A stretch of 64,000 nt of DNA, taken from the NCBI RefSeq assembly GCF_001194135.2, contig NC_068987.1:38668905-38732904 (forward strand), written 5' to 3'. The stretch's first letter is position 1; every line of letters starts with the position of its first letter. Shown here in pieces: positions 63,343 through 64,000 of the stretch. The notes beneath the pieces were generated by a model. The model saw only the letters and a list, made by a program, of their open reading frames with translations. It ran no database searches and had not been told where the DNA came from. The position numbers were made by a program, and so were the translations under genes. The stretch is from Octopus bimaculoides. Taxonomy: Eukaryota.

Positions 63343-63500
63343 CTGTAAAAATATGTGACACTTATTCGGTAGCCATGATAAAACTACGAGTTTCGGATGC
63401 CGGGGTGGTAGCCCACGCCAAAGAGATGTTGGCGTGGGCTCCCACCCCGGCATCTCGGAGTTTTATCATGGCTACCGAATAAGTGTCACATATGTTTACA
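63343..63500. repeat. ~158-bp near-perfect palindrome (short MITE or foldback)
   Basis: Perfect 35-bp outer arms (63351-63385 vs 63459-63493), a 26-bp inner arm pair with 1 mismatch, and outer extension CTGTAAA/TTTACAG. Confidence 0.9.
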
Positions 63501-63502
63501 GT

Positions 63503-63535
<33 letters not shown>

Positions 63536-64000
63536 GAATGTATGTATGTATTCAGATTAATATCCATATCTTGGTTGTCAGACCACAACGTTTCAGCCGT
63601 TGTCCTGTTATCGTACCCTTCTCCTTCTTCAACTGTCTGTCTTATTAGGTAACTTTCTCGCACTTTCGTAATGAGCACCTTATGACTGATTGTTCTTCAG
63701 TCGTCCTCACTAAGGATAATCTCCTATCTGCTATTTTCTAGCTTGCTATTTGCTTGTTCTGTTAGAACTACAGTCTAGAATATTACGTCACCTAATACGA
63801 TTGGCAGTTGAATTTGGTTGGGGAAATGTGACTATAACACAGATTTAGACAATAGATCAAGTAAATCTGGATCATTCTTCAGGTCGGAAATTCATATTAC
63901 AAGCGTATACACACACGTACATGTACGTACGCTCGCACGCACGCACACGCACACACACACACGCACACACACACACGCACACACACACACACGCACACAC

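Noticed and set aside
4456-63453. Long ORFs in the track made of X runs or HTHT/CVCV/YIYI/LSLS/ERER/poly-M,D,T,Y
   Set aside because: Artefacts of N-gaps and di-, tri- and tetranucleotide microsatellites; no coding signature.
63586-63635. TTGAAGA...GAAACGTTG hammerhead-like remnant on the minus strand
   Set aside because: No complementary stem II and the conserved C3 is absent.
1-64000. CRISPR arrays, operons or other prokaryotic systems
   Set aside because: The sequence is eukaryotic, with spliceosomal introns and SINEs/LINEs; no regularly spaced direct repeats with unique spacers.

Overview
AT-rich, microsatellite- and transposon-laden eukaryotic DNA with about 11 N-gaps. The tRNA-derived SINE families and repeat load suggest an Octopus-type cephalopod scaffold (inference). 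The main content is one large minus-strand gene that the ORF track misses because it is split into short exons. I traced 20 exons between 60690 and 10890. Seventeen are symmetric phase 1-1 exons of 168-186 nt (11 of them exactly 174 nt), each encoding one copy of a ~58-aa helical repeat (consensus SPxxLRxxLxxAxxxKDxxxLExAIxECxxAGYPELxxDLxxARxxLxxLGGGRGG). Three terminal exons encode an 18th degenerate repeat, a ~120-aa domain resembling the dynein-stalk microtubule-binding domain / molluscan hillarin-KY C-terminus, and a short tail with the stop codon. The spliced frame is open for ~1204 aa. The 5' end of the gene was not found in the window. Two probable pseudo-exons suggest ongoing exon birth and death. 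Introns and flanks carry relics of Ty3/Gypsy (Mag-like), Tx1, RTE, CR1, R4/Dong, Penelope, hAT, mariner and Tc1/maT elements, several MITE/foldback elements and many SINEs, including a three-level nested insertion at 1.7-8.8 kb. Family assignments come from motif recognition, not database searches.
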